64,000 nucleotides of DNA from Octopus sinensis (taxonomy: Eukaryota). Position 1 is the first letter of the stretch, and each line of letters opens with the position of its first letter. The notes under the pieces were generated by a model. The model did no database searches and was not told the DNA's origin. It saw nothing but the letters and a program-made list of their open reading frames with translations. Shown one piece after another: positions 13,533-26,659 of this stretch. The translations under genes and the position numbers were made by a program. The stretch spans positions 84,382,001 to 84,446,000 of the forward strand of contig NC_043005.1 of NCBI RefSeq assembly GCF_006345805.1, in the 5' to 3' direction.

Positions 13533-14268
13533 GAACATGAGGAAATAAACAGAGAGAGAATAAAAAAAAGCTTTCGGAGCTAGCAGTCAATCATGGCTGT
13601 ATGGAAAGAAGTTTGCTTCCCAGCCACATGGTTCAAGGTTCAGTTTTCACTGTATGACACCTATTACAGCCTTGGGCCTTATGAGTGGATTTGGTAGACA
13701 GAAACTGAAAGAAGCACATTGTATATACATGTGTGTGTGAGGGTGTTCAAAGACGGGCAAAACAAGAGACACTTTATTTACAAATCATGTAAAGGTTAGC
13801 AACAGGAAGAGCATCCAACTATCAAACAATACCTTAATGATACACTCATCTAATCCATACTGGCAAGGAAAAACAGATGTAAATCAGTTGACTGAATGTA
13901 GTTCACTATTTAAGTTGCTTCCATCATTGTTCTGGGTTCATATTATATCAGGGTCACTTTTGACCTTCTATGAGGACCAGTAAGATATGAAACCCTAAAT
14001 AATACAGAACGGTTGAATGGTCAATATCAGAGCTCATTTCGCAAGATTTACCTTAAATTTTGGCAAAGGTAAACAATATTTGAGAGAAATATAATTTTGC
14101 TAAAAATTGAAAAATATGCAAGGAAAACCATTCCACGGAAAAAGAAAAAGAAATTGATAATAAAAATTCGCTTTGCTTTTGTAAAAGAAAAAAAGTTTGC
14201 TTCAGTGAAAATAATGAAGCATAAGGAGAGAAATGAAGCGAAAGAACCATTTTGAAACTACTACTGCT

Positions 14269-14323
14269 GCTGATGCTACAACTACTACTACTACTACTAC
14301 TACTACTAATAATAATAATAATA

Positions 14324-14364
<41 letters not shown>

Positions 14365-14410
14365 AAGAAGAAGAAGAAGAAGAAGAAAAAGAAGAAAAAG
14401 AAGAAGAGCA
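14269..14410. repeat. Compound trinucleotide microsatellite (ACT)n(AAT)n(GAT)n(AAG)n
   Basis: Directly visible. Confidence 0.95.
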
Positions 14411-14569
14411 CTCACAGAATGCAAACCTCTGCCAAGACAACACCATGGTCTTCTCAAAGATTAACTGGAGATGATTTTTAAAATGAGAATATCTGAACAA
14501 ACTCGACTGCTCTCACAAACGAGAATACTAAAAATGAACTTGACTGTTCTCAAAAATTAAGTTAAAAAA

Positions 14570-14766
14570 AACTGGAAAAGTAATCCAGAATCCTTGTCCA
14601 GTACTGGATCGATCCCAAAATCTAATCAGTTTGTGTCAGTCATGAGGCCAAACATCCTTGAATGTTTCATCTGAATCCATCCAATGGTTCTTGAGATATC
14701 TTGTCCATGGACAAACAAACAAACAAATGTGTCTGAAAACAATACCTTGGCCTTTGCTAAGGCAGA

Positions 14767-14775
<9 letters not shown>
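14570..14775 (+). mobile_element. Possible Helentron/DINE-like non-autonomous end
   Basis: GAGATATCTTG..(ACAA)n..AAAACAATACC..GGCAGAGGTAAT resembles such ends from memory; unverified. Confidence 0.35.
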
Positions 14776-14804
<29 letters not shown>

Positions 14805-14813
14805 TAATAATAA

Positions 14814-14967
14814 GACCTACCAAAAACTGAGCAAGTATAAAGATCTTGAAATAGAAATTAGCAAAATGTGGAACCTGAAAACTAAAACAATACCTGTTGT
14901 CATTGGTGCCCTAGAAATGATAGCAAAAGGGGCTGATTGCTACCTAGCTCAGATACCAGGAAACCCC
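14814..14967 (+). pseudogene. RLE-type (R4/Dong-like) non-LTR retrotransposon endonuclease fragment
   Basis: KLSKYKDLEIEISKMWNLKTKTIPVVIGAL matches the KxxKY..L..W...PVVIGALG RLE motif. Confidence 0.75.
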
Positions 14968-15963
14968 CACAATCGCTTGACAACTGATGTTGGGGTTCAG
15001 CAAAAGAGACTGATGGAATATGTACCAGGCTTAAAAAGAATAAGTCCTGGGCTCGATTTGTTCAACTAAAGGCGGTGCTCCAGCATGGCCACAGACAAAT
15101 GACTGAAACAAGGAAAGAGAATAAAAGAATTATAATAGTAACTGTGTTATATTTCTTTCCCTTAGTTAAGTAAAACCCAGCTCTGTTAATTAAACCTGCC
15201 CCCCCGCCCCAACCGTAATCCCAATGGAGATATGAACTGTTTTGAATCAATAACAGATTCTTACTAATTGTGTCTCAGTTGAATGTCTTCAATTAACTGG
15301 AATCCCTCCGGACATTCCAGGAATGGGGAGTTGTTGTGAGACATCGATTGTTCCTTCCAAAGAAATCTCTGTAGATTGTAATGTCAGATATATAGCGTTA
15401 CCGTTATTAGTCTGGTGAACCGTTTAGGGTTTTTAGAATTTATAACACACACACACAAAAATAGAAATGATGGTTCTTACGTTTATGTCAAGGGAGTAAT
15501 GATGTATACAGCAGGATCGGTTTTTTTGGGGGGTGGTCGTGGGGTTGGTGAGTTTTTGTGCTAGGTCTCAGAATAATGGCACATAGCACGGATTTCAACA
15601 CGAACTTCTCTCGATACAATAAACATTTATACAACATAACTGGCTTCAGTAATTTTTAAAACAGACCTATAACAACCAATAATAATAATAATAATAATAG
15701 TAATAATAATCTTTTCTACTCTAGGCACAAGTCCCAAAATTTTTGGGGAGAGGGCCAGTCGATTAGAACGACCCCAGTATGCAACCGGTATTTAATTTAT
15801 TGACCCTGAAAGGATGAAAGCCAAAGTCGACCTCGGCAGAATTTGAACTTTGAATGCTGTAAAGAATTATGCCCAGTGTGCTAACAATTCTGCATGCTTT
15901 CTGCCTAAATATTACTACTACTACTACTACTACTACTAATAATAATAATAATAATAATAATAA

Positions 15964-16241
15964 TGCAAAATGTGTGGGAAGAAGGTCAAAAGTGTGACTC
16001 CTTGTTAGTGCTTGTGAAAGTCTTGCACTGAAAGGGTACAAGCATAGACATGACAAGGTAACTAAAAACCTCCATTAGCTACAATCTAAAAAAAAACATC
16101 TGAAAACCTTAGAAATACCCTACAATCTAGATGTATTGCAAAAGTTGGTATTACTTGGAACTGCACACATATTGTATAGGGAATTGTCTGTCTGAAGTCA
16201 AACCCTCGGTAGATACAATATCTTCAATCAATAACCTCATG

Positions 16242-16290
<49 letters not shown>
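15964..16290 (+). pseudogene. RLE-type LINE fragment: CCHC knuckle joined to C-terminus, (TAA)n tail
   Basis: CKMCGKKVKSVT-LVSACESLALKGYKHRHDKV (frameshifted), then LEIPYNLDVLQKLVLLGTAHIL..* and (TAA)n. Confidence 0.75.
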
Positions 16291-16294
<4 letters not shown>

Positions 16295-17113
16295 GCCCTG
16301 ATGCAGTATCAGGCAGTGGCTCTCGTGGCTCCTGATCTTAACTGATTGGAAGTGTTATCATGTACATTGTTTTGTCTTGGTATAAAAGATGGGCTACAGC
16401 AAATATTCTGCTCAGTACCACAGATTTGCATGTCAGTTGTTTGACCTTAACCAATTGAGCATGTCCCTTAGTGGCTGATGATATGTGCATCTCTGATCAC
16501 AAGCAGAAGTAGGGGGGGGAGCATTATAGCCATATGTTGGGAGGGATTATTTGGGGTTTGAATAATTCACCTTTGGAAATGTAGGGGTTTCATTCATTAT
16601 CCTTAAACAACTATTATTGAAGGACCATTTGAGTGGGAAGGGCTACTCGGACCTGAAGAAAATTCAAGGACACAATGTGCCACCATAAAATAAGGGACAT
16701 TCTTTTGTGACCCCCTTTTTTAAAATTTATGTTAACCTGTTTGTGCAATAGCACATATATGTGTGTGTGTGAGGGGAAAAAGTGGGCCACCATGATATCA
16801 CACACATTAATCAAAACAAAACCCACACTCCCTGCCCCTCCCCCGTTCCTTAGGGTTCCCAACGCCCAGACCAATTCCCACTGGAGGATCCAGGCAGGAG
16901 AGAGAGATGAAATCATCCAGTCCCTACCTTGTGTATTATTTTGTATATTTTTATTTAATCAATTATCTTTCCTGGAGACTATACAAACATTATCCATCTG
17001 TATTTCTCATTCCACCCTCCCCCACCAAACCTTGATTCCTCGACCCCCACCTCCACCTGACTCCCCCCCCCCACCGAATCTCCTCTCCATTCTATCACAG
17101 ACATATGCCCCAC

Positions 17114-17152
<39 letters not shown>

Positions 17153-17327
17153 CCCTACCCCCTCCCATTCCTCATCTGTTCTGTTTCGTCCACAGCACCT
17201 CCTCCATGTCTCAGTACTGTAGCAGTATTCCATCCTGCCACCCCACCTTCTCCACATCTCCACCAACCCCATCCCCCAAGTACTACTACATCACTATCCA
17301 TCACACTACACACACAAAAAAACACAG

Positions 17328-17359
<32 letters not shown>

Positions 17360-18810
17360 TGTGCTGCTCCCTGTTGTTGTTTTTGGTGGTGGTGGTGGTG
17401 CCGTTGCTGTTGCTGTTGCTGAGAGTGTTGGGCCCCCCCCACTTGTACTGAAATCCACACCCTTGACCCTGGGTCTTCTGCTCACCCCCACCTCTCTAAT
17501 CCTCCAAAGCATACACTATCAAGAGCGGTGGGGGGAGGGTTATTTTTTTTTTTTTCTAGAATTATAGAATTATGTTGCACATCACTATCACCACCATCAC
17601 CATCACCACCACCACCACCACTGTTATGACTATTAACACCCATACCCCACCCACCCTCACTACCACCAATGTCATAACAAGGACAGCAACAACAACATCG
17701 CCTAATCCCTCCCCTCCTGCTAACCATTGCAGTTAGTGTCTCTGTCACCATCAACATCACACCCACCACCACCACCACCACCACCACCACCATCATCGCT
17801 ACCAGCAGCAGCAGCAGCACAGCAGCAGCAGCAGCAGCAGCAAGAGCTGTCCAGAATCTGTTGCCTTTTGTTTTCTTAAATAATTTTTCCTAATCTCTCA
17901 CCACAAACCCCTCCCCCACCCCAGCACCAGTTCCCCCTCTCCACCCTGCCATCCACCCTAATGCTGTACATGTTTTATCTAGATTATTCTGTTTTAGTAT
18001 ACTAGCTTTGTGTTGTATTGCTATCTCTTACACTCTATTATACATACATATTTATCTGTGTGTGTGTATGTGTGTGGGGACATTTCGTGTGTGTGTGTGT
18101 GTATTTATATATAAATACTCACACAAATGTATATAGAATACATAAAAATATGAACATACACATGTGTGTGTGTGTGTGTGTATATATGTAAATGTATGTG
18201 AATATAGCTATATGCATATTTTGTTCTCCATATGTATGTGTGTGTGCGTGTGTATGTGTGTATACAAACATAAGGAAAAATTATGTGTGTGTGTGTGTGT
18301 GTGTGTGGTTAGGTGTGGTAAAGATCCCCCCACATGTTCTATGTGTGTTATGTAAACATATAATGATGTCCTGTGTTAAGCCAAGATTGGATAACAGTCT
18401 CCAAGTTGAGTGAAGAGGGAGGAAGAGGAAGGAGGAGGAGGGGAGAAGGAAACAACAATAAGCTTTCCAACCCCCCTCGCTCCCATACATCCTTCACTAA
18501 CCCTCAACATTAATTAGCGGAGTGGGGGATTGAAGGAGGAAGAGGAAGGAGCGCACACGCACACACACACAGAGCAGTGACTCATCATACATACATACAT
18601 ACATACATACATACATACAAGCATACTTACATACGTAGGAACTATAAAAATCTGTAAAACTTTGCAGAAGTTTATCATTTAAATATATATGAGCATGTCT
18701 AGATATGCAAATATATGCATGAGATTAGATACATAAAACATACAAATCTGTACATATATACATACATACGTACATACACACACACACATACATACATACA
18801 TACATACATA

Positions 18811-19018
18811 CCCTGTTGTTGATGCTGAAATTCCAATGAAGGACTCTTTGATCTAGGTTAGAAACCGATTGTTTCTCTTTTGGCAAGAAATCTTCAAATA
18901 AGCTGAATGAAAATGCCCTGTTGATGTTGAAATTCCAATGAAGGAGCCTTGGATCTAGGTTAGAAACCAGCTCTTTCTCTGTTGGCAAGAAATCTCGAAA
19001 TAAAACTGAATAATGACA
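18811..19018 (+). repeat. Dimer of a ~105-bp unit; third copy at 38981-39068
   Basis: GAAATTCCAATGAAGGAGCCTTGGATCTAGGTTAGAAACC seen at 18827 (diverged), 18930 and 38981. Confidence 0.9.
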
Positions 19019-19629
19019 AACATATATGTACATATGTACATATATGTGTGTGTGTGTGTGTGTGGTTATGAAGCTTGCTTTGCAGCAAAGTGATTTCAGG
19101 TTCAGTTGTGGCTGTGTGGTTTAGAAGCTAGCTTCTCAATCACAGTTTCAAATTCAATCCCCTTGCACAGCACTTTGGCAAGTGTTTTTTTACTATAGCT
19201 CTGGGCTGGATGGAAACAGAAATTATACAACAGAACTGTAATTTCAATCAAAACTGATTCCAAAGACGTCAACAATAAAAAAAAAAAAAATAAAAGTAAA
19301 ATTACAGAAAAACTGAATGTTTGGCATCTGGTTTCCAATTTTGTTGTTGTTCTGAGTCTTATTGGTAACCCTAACTCCTAAATCCTGTATGGAACATATA
19401 TAGATTTTATGGGGTCATGTTAAATTTAGATGACCCCATAAAATAAGATTAAATGAAGTGATTATTTCATTTTTTTTCTCAGTTAAACAATTATAATTAA
19501 TATTTTGATTGACGATGATAAACAAAAATTATGTGCCAGGTTTCTGAATGGTTTCACACAGGCACATAGTCAGCACATAGCTAGGGAGATTGATGGAAAT
19601 ACACGGACAGACCACCATACGGATAAATA

Positions 19630-20135
19630 TCTATATATATAAAACTCTAGTTGTGTGAGTGTCTGTCCCCTTCGATTTAGATTCCTAACTCCTCCCACAT
19701 TTTGCGGTGCAGTTTAACCAAATTCGGGTATCTTATAGTCGTGATTCATATCGAGCCCGTCTGAGTATTAGCGCGTGTCAACGATGAGTCTACGATTTTA
19801 AAAATAATTTAACATCATTTTTTATTCCATTTTAATGCATAAAATGCATCGTGTGTCGATGGCGGCGGAGTTGGCGTCCACGCTCACAGCTGCACCTGTT
19901 TGCTTCTCCCCCTTCCCTCCCTCGTGAAGCTGTGGGGAAGGGAGTGTAAAGAAATCAACGTCGTAATGCGTTGTGAAGGAAACCAGCGTTCTTTTAGAAC
20001 AACGACTTCATGGCTTGAAGACACCAAAACAAAAATGGCTAAGAAAGCCCGAATTTATAAGGGAAGTAACTCTCTAAAAATGCTTATATAGTTATTTCCC
20101 TTACAAACCCGAGCAACACCGGGCGATACTGCTAG
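19630..20135 (+). mobile_element. Non-autonomous Helitron
   Basis: A|TCTATATATATAAAA 5' end; subterminal hairpin CCCGAGCAACACCGGG; CTAG|T 3' end. Confidence 0.85.
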
Positions 20136-20717
20136 TTAAATATAAATGTATATATATATTCTCACATACACACATGCATGTATTCATGCATGTGTGTGTG
20201 TGTGTGTGTATATGTGTGTACATAGATATGTAAATATGCTTGCATACAATTATACATACAGACACATATAATCCTCATCATCATCATCATCACGGATGTT
20301 AAAGAATGATGGTGGTGGTGATGATGCTGATGATGATATATATCTATATGTGTCTGTATGTATAATTGTATACAAGCATACTTACATATCTGTACACACA
20401 TATACATACATGCATATATATATATAAAACCAGAAAGATAAAATACAAAATATAAAATATAAAACCATGCATATATATATAAAATCTGCCGTTACGTTCA
20501 GAGTTCGAATTCCGTCGAGGTCGACTTTACCTTTCATCCTTTCGGGGTCGATAAATTAAGTACCAGTTACGCACTGGGGTCCATGTAATCGACTTAATCC
20601 CTTTGTCTGCCCTTGTTTGTCCCCTCTATGTTTAGCCCCTTGTGGGCAATAAAGAAATATATATATATAAAATCATATTATATATATGCATATTAAGAAG
20701 GGAAAAATACACTCATC

Positions 20718-20748
<31 letters not shown>

Positions 20749-21657
20749 ACCCCTGCCAGCATGGAAAACGGACGTTAAACGATGATGATGATGATGATGA
20801 TGTATATATATAATCCAAAAAATATCTTCATGATTCCCTCCTTTATTTCTGCTGTAGTTTATTTCTTCTCCATACTTTGAGATAACATTACATCTTTATC
20901 TTTATACCAAAAGAGATAAAACAAACCAAACAGAAACCTCCTTTCTCTGGTGCTTCGGATCAAACTCATTTTTAGGGGACATCTCAATTCCCTTCCCCCA
21001 CCTATCTTTATCTCCCTCTTTCCTCCCCCCACCCGCCGCCTCCCCATATCTCTCATTTCTTTTCAAAAACATCAAGGATTTGGCTTATCAGAAAATCTAA
21101 TTATGTTTGGCTTCAATGCTTCTCTACCCTTCTATATCCTTCTTTTTTTATATGCCCTACCCCCCACCCCGTAACCGTCTTTTGCATACTCCCCACCCAC
21201 CCATATTCTTGTGTCTCATTCAAGTAAAACTCTCTAGAATCTTCTATCTGATGTTGTTGCTCATTGTTTTTTTCTCTTTCCAACAACTAAAAACTAGCTA
21301 ACCAACAACCATCAGAACCAATCAAGCATGAACAACGAGAAATTTTTTTTTATTAATTTTATTTTATTTCTATTTTATTTTTCGTGTCACGTGATGTGGT
21401 TCCGCTTATGATTTGCTGATTGAGATATGTCATAAGTAAATCCCAGTAGCAAACAGACATCATCACAAAACTATCTCCGCTAGATTATCTAGCCTACAAT
21501 GTCTTAAGTTACTTCTTGCATGAGAAAGTTGGCCACCACCACCACCACCATCCCTGACCCATCATTACCATATCCTCTTCCTCCTATGTCTGGGCTCTCT
21601 GTATATGAGTGTGCATATGTACGCATGTATGTATGTATGTATGTGTGTATGTATGTA

Positions 21658-21714
<57 letters not shown>

Positions 21715-21766
21715 ATTGGTGAATTGAATCTACTACAAGATTATTCATCTTTCTATATCACATTAT

Positions 21767-21798
<32 letters not shown>

Positions 21799-21852
21799 AA
21801 ACATTATTGGTGAATTGAATCTACTACAAGATTATTCATCTTTCTATTTCAC

Positions 21853-21885
<33 letters not shown>

Positions 21886-22453
21886 TTGCTATTGTTCAAA
21901 AGTGTCATAAGTTCAAACATTGCTTTTCAAGGAAATGAAAAAATAGTTTCACCATTCCATAGCAAAACCACCGTATTACACTTTGACAGTTTTTAATATC
22001 TTAGCATCTGAAGCTGGAGAAAAGATAGTTTGACCAAAAGAACTGGCTATTGCAAGCAAAAATAAATATTTAAAAAATACATATTTGGCTAAATTTGGAT
22101 ATGCGACAGTTTAACATAATAACAACAATACATATATATATATATATATATTATATACACACACATATATATACATGCATAAACACACACACACACATAT
22201 ATACATGCATAAACACACACACACACACACACATATTTTTATATATATGAGACAAAAACAGATAACAAAACCAAGGCTGTGAGGAGTTTTGGCTTTGTTG
22301 TCTGGTTTTGTCCATTATATATATATATCCTTGCTAATACAGGACCCACATTAAACTCCTCACTTATATCATGATCAAACCCAGAGGTTAACTATGGTCT
22401 GTCCTTAGCATTTATTTACAATTACCTGCCACTCTTTGGGTCTTCTAGATACC

Positions 22454-22484
<31 letters not shown>

Positions 22485-22720
22485 GGCAGGTTTATATATG
22501 TAGATGTACAAGTGAGAGTCTCCTTACTTACCTAAAACTCTATTTTTCTATTTATTCTTTTATTCTTTTATTTATTCTTTTATCTACTTTACCACCGATT
22601 CCTTTGACCACTCCCCTAATAATGACAGTTTTGCGCCATGCCTACCCCAAAAAAAGTCCCCCACCACCACCCATTTAAACCTGCCTAAATGTATAAATGC
22701 CAAAACAACTCTTGTCTACT

Positions 22721-22771
22721 AGCTTCCTGATGATTTCTTTTGAATGAAACAGTTCTAGTCCTGTAGAAGCT
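22721..22771 (+). ncRNA. Type-I hammerhead ribozyme motif
   Basis: AGCUUC-CUGAUGA-U-UUC-UUUU-GAA-U-GAA-ACAG-uucuaguc-CUGU-A-GAAGCU; 6-bp helix I, 4-bp helix III, GUA cleavage triplet. Confidence 0.75.
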
Positions 22772-22914
22772 CCTTCTATATAATAAATTAATTTACTCTG
22801 CTATGTATTGAGTACCTTATTTACTGTGGTTAACCCCGACTCAACCCGGGACCTACATATATATATATATACACACACATACATACGTAATTATATACAT
22901 ACATACATGTCAAC

Positions 22915-23437
22915 TCAAAAAGTACCCTTGAATCGTAGGGTGACATGCTGTACATGAGGAGACCTATTGAGTTAAGTACATCAACATCAAAATGAAATCA
23001 AATCACAATCAAATGGAAATTGTAGTTGTGGTCCCCATGTCGGTGGCACGTAAAAAGCACCATCCGAACGTGGTCAATGCCAGGCCCCTTTCCCCAACTG
23101 GTTTCTGTGCTGGTGGCACAAAAAAAGCAACATCCAAATGTGGCCGATGCCGGCACTGCCTTGGGTGGCTCCCATGCTGGTGGCACGTAAAAAGCACCGA
23201 CTGCTCGTGATCGATGCCAGCCCCCTCTGGGCCCTGTGCCAGTAGCATGTAAAAAGCACCCACTACACTATCACAATGGTTGGCGTTAGGAAGAGTATCC
23301 AGCTGTAGAAACATTGCTAGATCAGACTGGTGCCTGGTGCAGCATCCTGGCTTTCCACTCCCCAGTCAAACCGTCCAACCCATGCCAGCATGGAAAAACG
23401 GACGTTAAACAATGATGATGATGATGATGATGATGAT
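22915..23437 (+). mobile_element. RTE 3'UTR fragment with four subrepeats
   Basis: Repeated GTGGCACGTAAAAAGCACC units and (GAT)n tail. Confidence 0.8.
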
Positions 23438-23814
23438 AATATATATATATATATATAAAATCTGTATTAAATTAAGAGAAGAAAATGGAGCACTAGTGGC
23501 TAATAGGTCACATATAATTTTTTAATGTCTAACTTTTCCCTGATGATATTTTTCTCATAACTTATAAATGCAAATTTAATGCATAAATTTGTAATTTATT
23601 CAATGAGTTTAAATGCAAACAGCTGTAGGAAGAAATGATTATCAATTTATTGATAAATATTAAACACTAATTCTCCATTTTCTTCCCTTAATTTAATATG
23701 GAATATATTTATATTGATTTAGGGAAATTTTATTTCCCAAAGACATAAGGTATAGAAGTTGTCTTTTTTTTAATGTAATCATTTCTTTAAGAGTTTTATA
23801 CATCCGCTAATTAA

Positions 23815-23854
<40 letters not shown>

Positions 23855-24226
23855 AATGGAACAAAAACGCAATAGAGGTCATTAAAACGTTTGGGCAGAT
23901 AGATGATACAAAGGCAGACAAGAGAAACAATATTTAGAAGTACAGGCAAAAACAGACAGGTCATTCTTGGCTTTCTTTCCTCAGTCAAGTACCAGAAATC
24001 ACAACCATTTCAAGCAGCTACACTTGAGATGGTGCGATCTGGTTGTGCCCAAAAAGTGTAAGCTAAGAGCATTAGGACATATACGGCAACAAAGACAAAA
24101 AAAAACACAAACAAAAATCAGAGAATATGGTACACAATTATGAATACAACAACAAGAAATAACAACAGGTGTCTTTCGACTGAGAACAATTCAAATTGTA
24201 TATATATATATATGTGTATATATGTA

Positions 24227-24260
<34 letters not shown>

Positions 24261-24790
24261 CACGCACATACTCTCTTCCCCAAAATATGAGTTTTTAAGG
24301 TTTCTGCTACATTTCTTCCTGAAATAATTGAAAAATGAATTGATGAGAGAATATTTACATGACTGCTTGTCCTTGCACTGTAAGGAATAATGGCACAAAT
24401 CTGATTTTAAGGGAGGGAGCTTGTTGATTATATTGATTCCAGTGTTCAACTGGTGCTTATTTTATAGAACCCAAAGGGATGAAAGGCAAAATTTGACCTC
24501 ACTGGAATTTGAACCCAGAATATAAAGAATTGGAAGAAATGCTATTTGACATTTTGTCTGCCTCCCTAATGATTCTGCCAGCTCAGCACAAGATTAATAG
24601 TGAGAAAGCTATTTTACAAAATTGGAGCCTGGTGCAGCCTCCTGTCTCTGCAGACCTCAGTCAAACCATCAAACCCATGATTCTAAGAATTATATAAGTT
24701 TAATACATTAACTGCCATGGCCTCTTATTGGAGCTCATTGCTGATGCCGTATATTTCGTGTGTTGAGTCTGTGTCCAACCTCACAATTAA

Positions 24791-25011
24791 CCCTTTAACA
24801 TTTAAACTGACCATATCCAGCCTAATGTTTTCTATCCGTTTTATGTTCAAAGTGGCCAGATCTGGCCTCTTACACCAACCTAACAATGTCACTGTAAAAA
24901 TAAGCAATCATGCCATTCCAATGTCATAGCAATGCGATAATGCCGGATTAATTCAAAACAATGTGAATATATAAGCACGACGGTAGACAGAGGAATCTGA
25001 ATGCTAAAATG
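24791..25011. mobile_element. piggyBac-like MITE
   Basis: TTAA|CCCTTTAAC..GCTAAAATG|TTAC. Confidence 0.7.
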
Positions 25012-26659
25012 TTACAATTTTGATATCAACAACAAAATGATACAGAAAACAAAATGAAGATAAACTCTGTCAAATATTGCAAAGGTAGACAACCACTGGA
25101 TTATATTTCATATCATTGTTGTCTTTGTATTACTGAGAAAAGACATCAGCAAATGTTTAAAACATGAGACTAAAATCACTCCGTTGAATGTAACTGTAAT
25201 GATGGAGGTGGCTGGCAGTGATTATAACAATGAGAACCAAAATGCTAATTCAATTATTTCCTTCTCTTCTAAATTAAATAAGCCATTATTAGTTTAATTA
25301 GAGGTGTAAAAGTAATTTTAAATTTTCTGTAATACTAGTTTAAATGATAAAAACAAGAAAAGAAAAGAAAAATAAATAGATAAAGAACCAACTGTTTCCG
25401 ATGAGAAATAACAGAAATTATTTCCTTCATTGTTGCTCATTTAAATCATTTCTTTTTTTGTTTTTGCTGTTGTTTCTTTTGTCTGAGAGTTCCACCTACC
25501 AACCATGTTATTATGGCATTATGTGACGCAATTAATAATAATATTTGCAAGTCTGAAGTGACAGATTTAGTAATTAAACAAGATAAATTGCTAACAGGTT
25601 TCTTTACGTTACTTGTTTAAAGCAATTAAACACACACTTAATGTATTAAAAGCACATGATACCAACGAAAAACATGAGCAGCAGATTTTTACTATCAAAC
25701 AGAAATCGTGTAACAATCTGACATTAGATTCCTTAAGCAAGAAAAACAGAAAACCCACCAACATTATTGTATTTGCCTCATGTTCAAGTCAAAGGTTGGA
25801 AGGTGTTTATATGGTTGTTTGACATGCTAGAAATAGCAGAAAAATGTCCTGCATATTGCATTTTAATTTACAAAAAAAAAAAAAGGAAGGATATATTTAA
25901 TAATGTCCTAGATACATTGTTTCAGAGTGAAGGCTAGAATATTGGTTTCAAATTTTGGCAGAGGGCCAGAAATTTTGAGGGGAAGGGCTATTTGTTTCCA
26001 TCAGCCTCAGTACTCGACTTGTACTTGTTTTATTGACTCCAAAATGATGAAAGGCAAAGTTGACCTTGGTGGAATTTGAACTCAGAGTGTAAAGATGGAT
26101 GAAACGTCATTAAGTATTTTGTCTGGTGTGCTAATGATTCTGCCAATTTGCTGCCCTAATGAAAGTTAATGAAAGCTATTCATAACTGGCATGCATTTGA
26201 TCAATTATAAGTGTGAGTGATCAGAGCTGACCTAGGGTTGAACAACAACAACAACAACAACAATAAATCTGCCAGCTTCATTTAGAAGCCAACAAAATAA
26301 AGCATTTATGTGGTTATTCAAAAAGCTAGAAGTAGCAGATAAATATTCCTCAAGTCACCTTGCATCAGCTTAAAATAAAATGGAAGGACACGCATGATAA
26401 TGTAGTCCTTAATACACTGTGTCTGAACAGTGAGGTCACAGCTGAAAAATGGCTATGTAATGAAGTGATGTCAAGAAAGGAGACACATACATATAATACA
26501 TGGTGGGATTCTTTCAGTTTCCATCTACTAAATCTACTCACAAGGCGCTGATCATCCTGAAGCTACAGTTGAAGACACTTGCCACATGGTAGGACTGAGC
26601 CTAAAACTACACAGTTGCAAAGCAAGCTTTTCAAGCACATCCTGTAGAGTCAAGTAAGA

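Noticed and set aside
16729-17850. 240-aa Pro-rich ORF and His/Gln-rich stretches
   Set aside because: Built from CT, CA, CAC and CAG repeats; stops bound the His/Gln frame; no domain.
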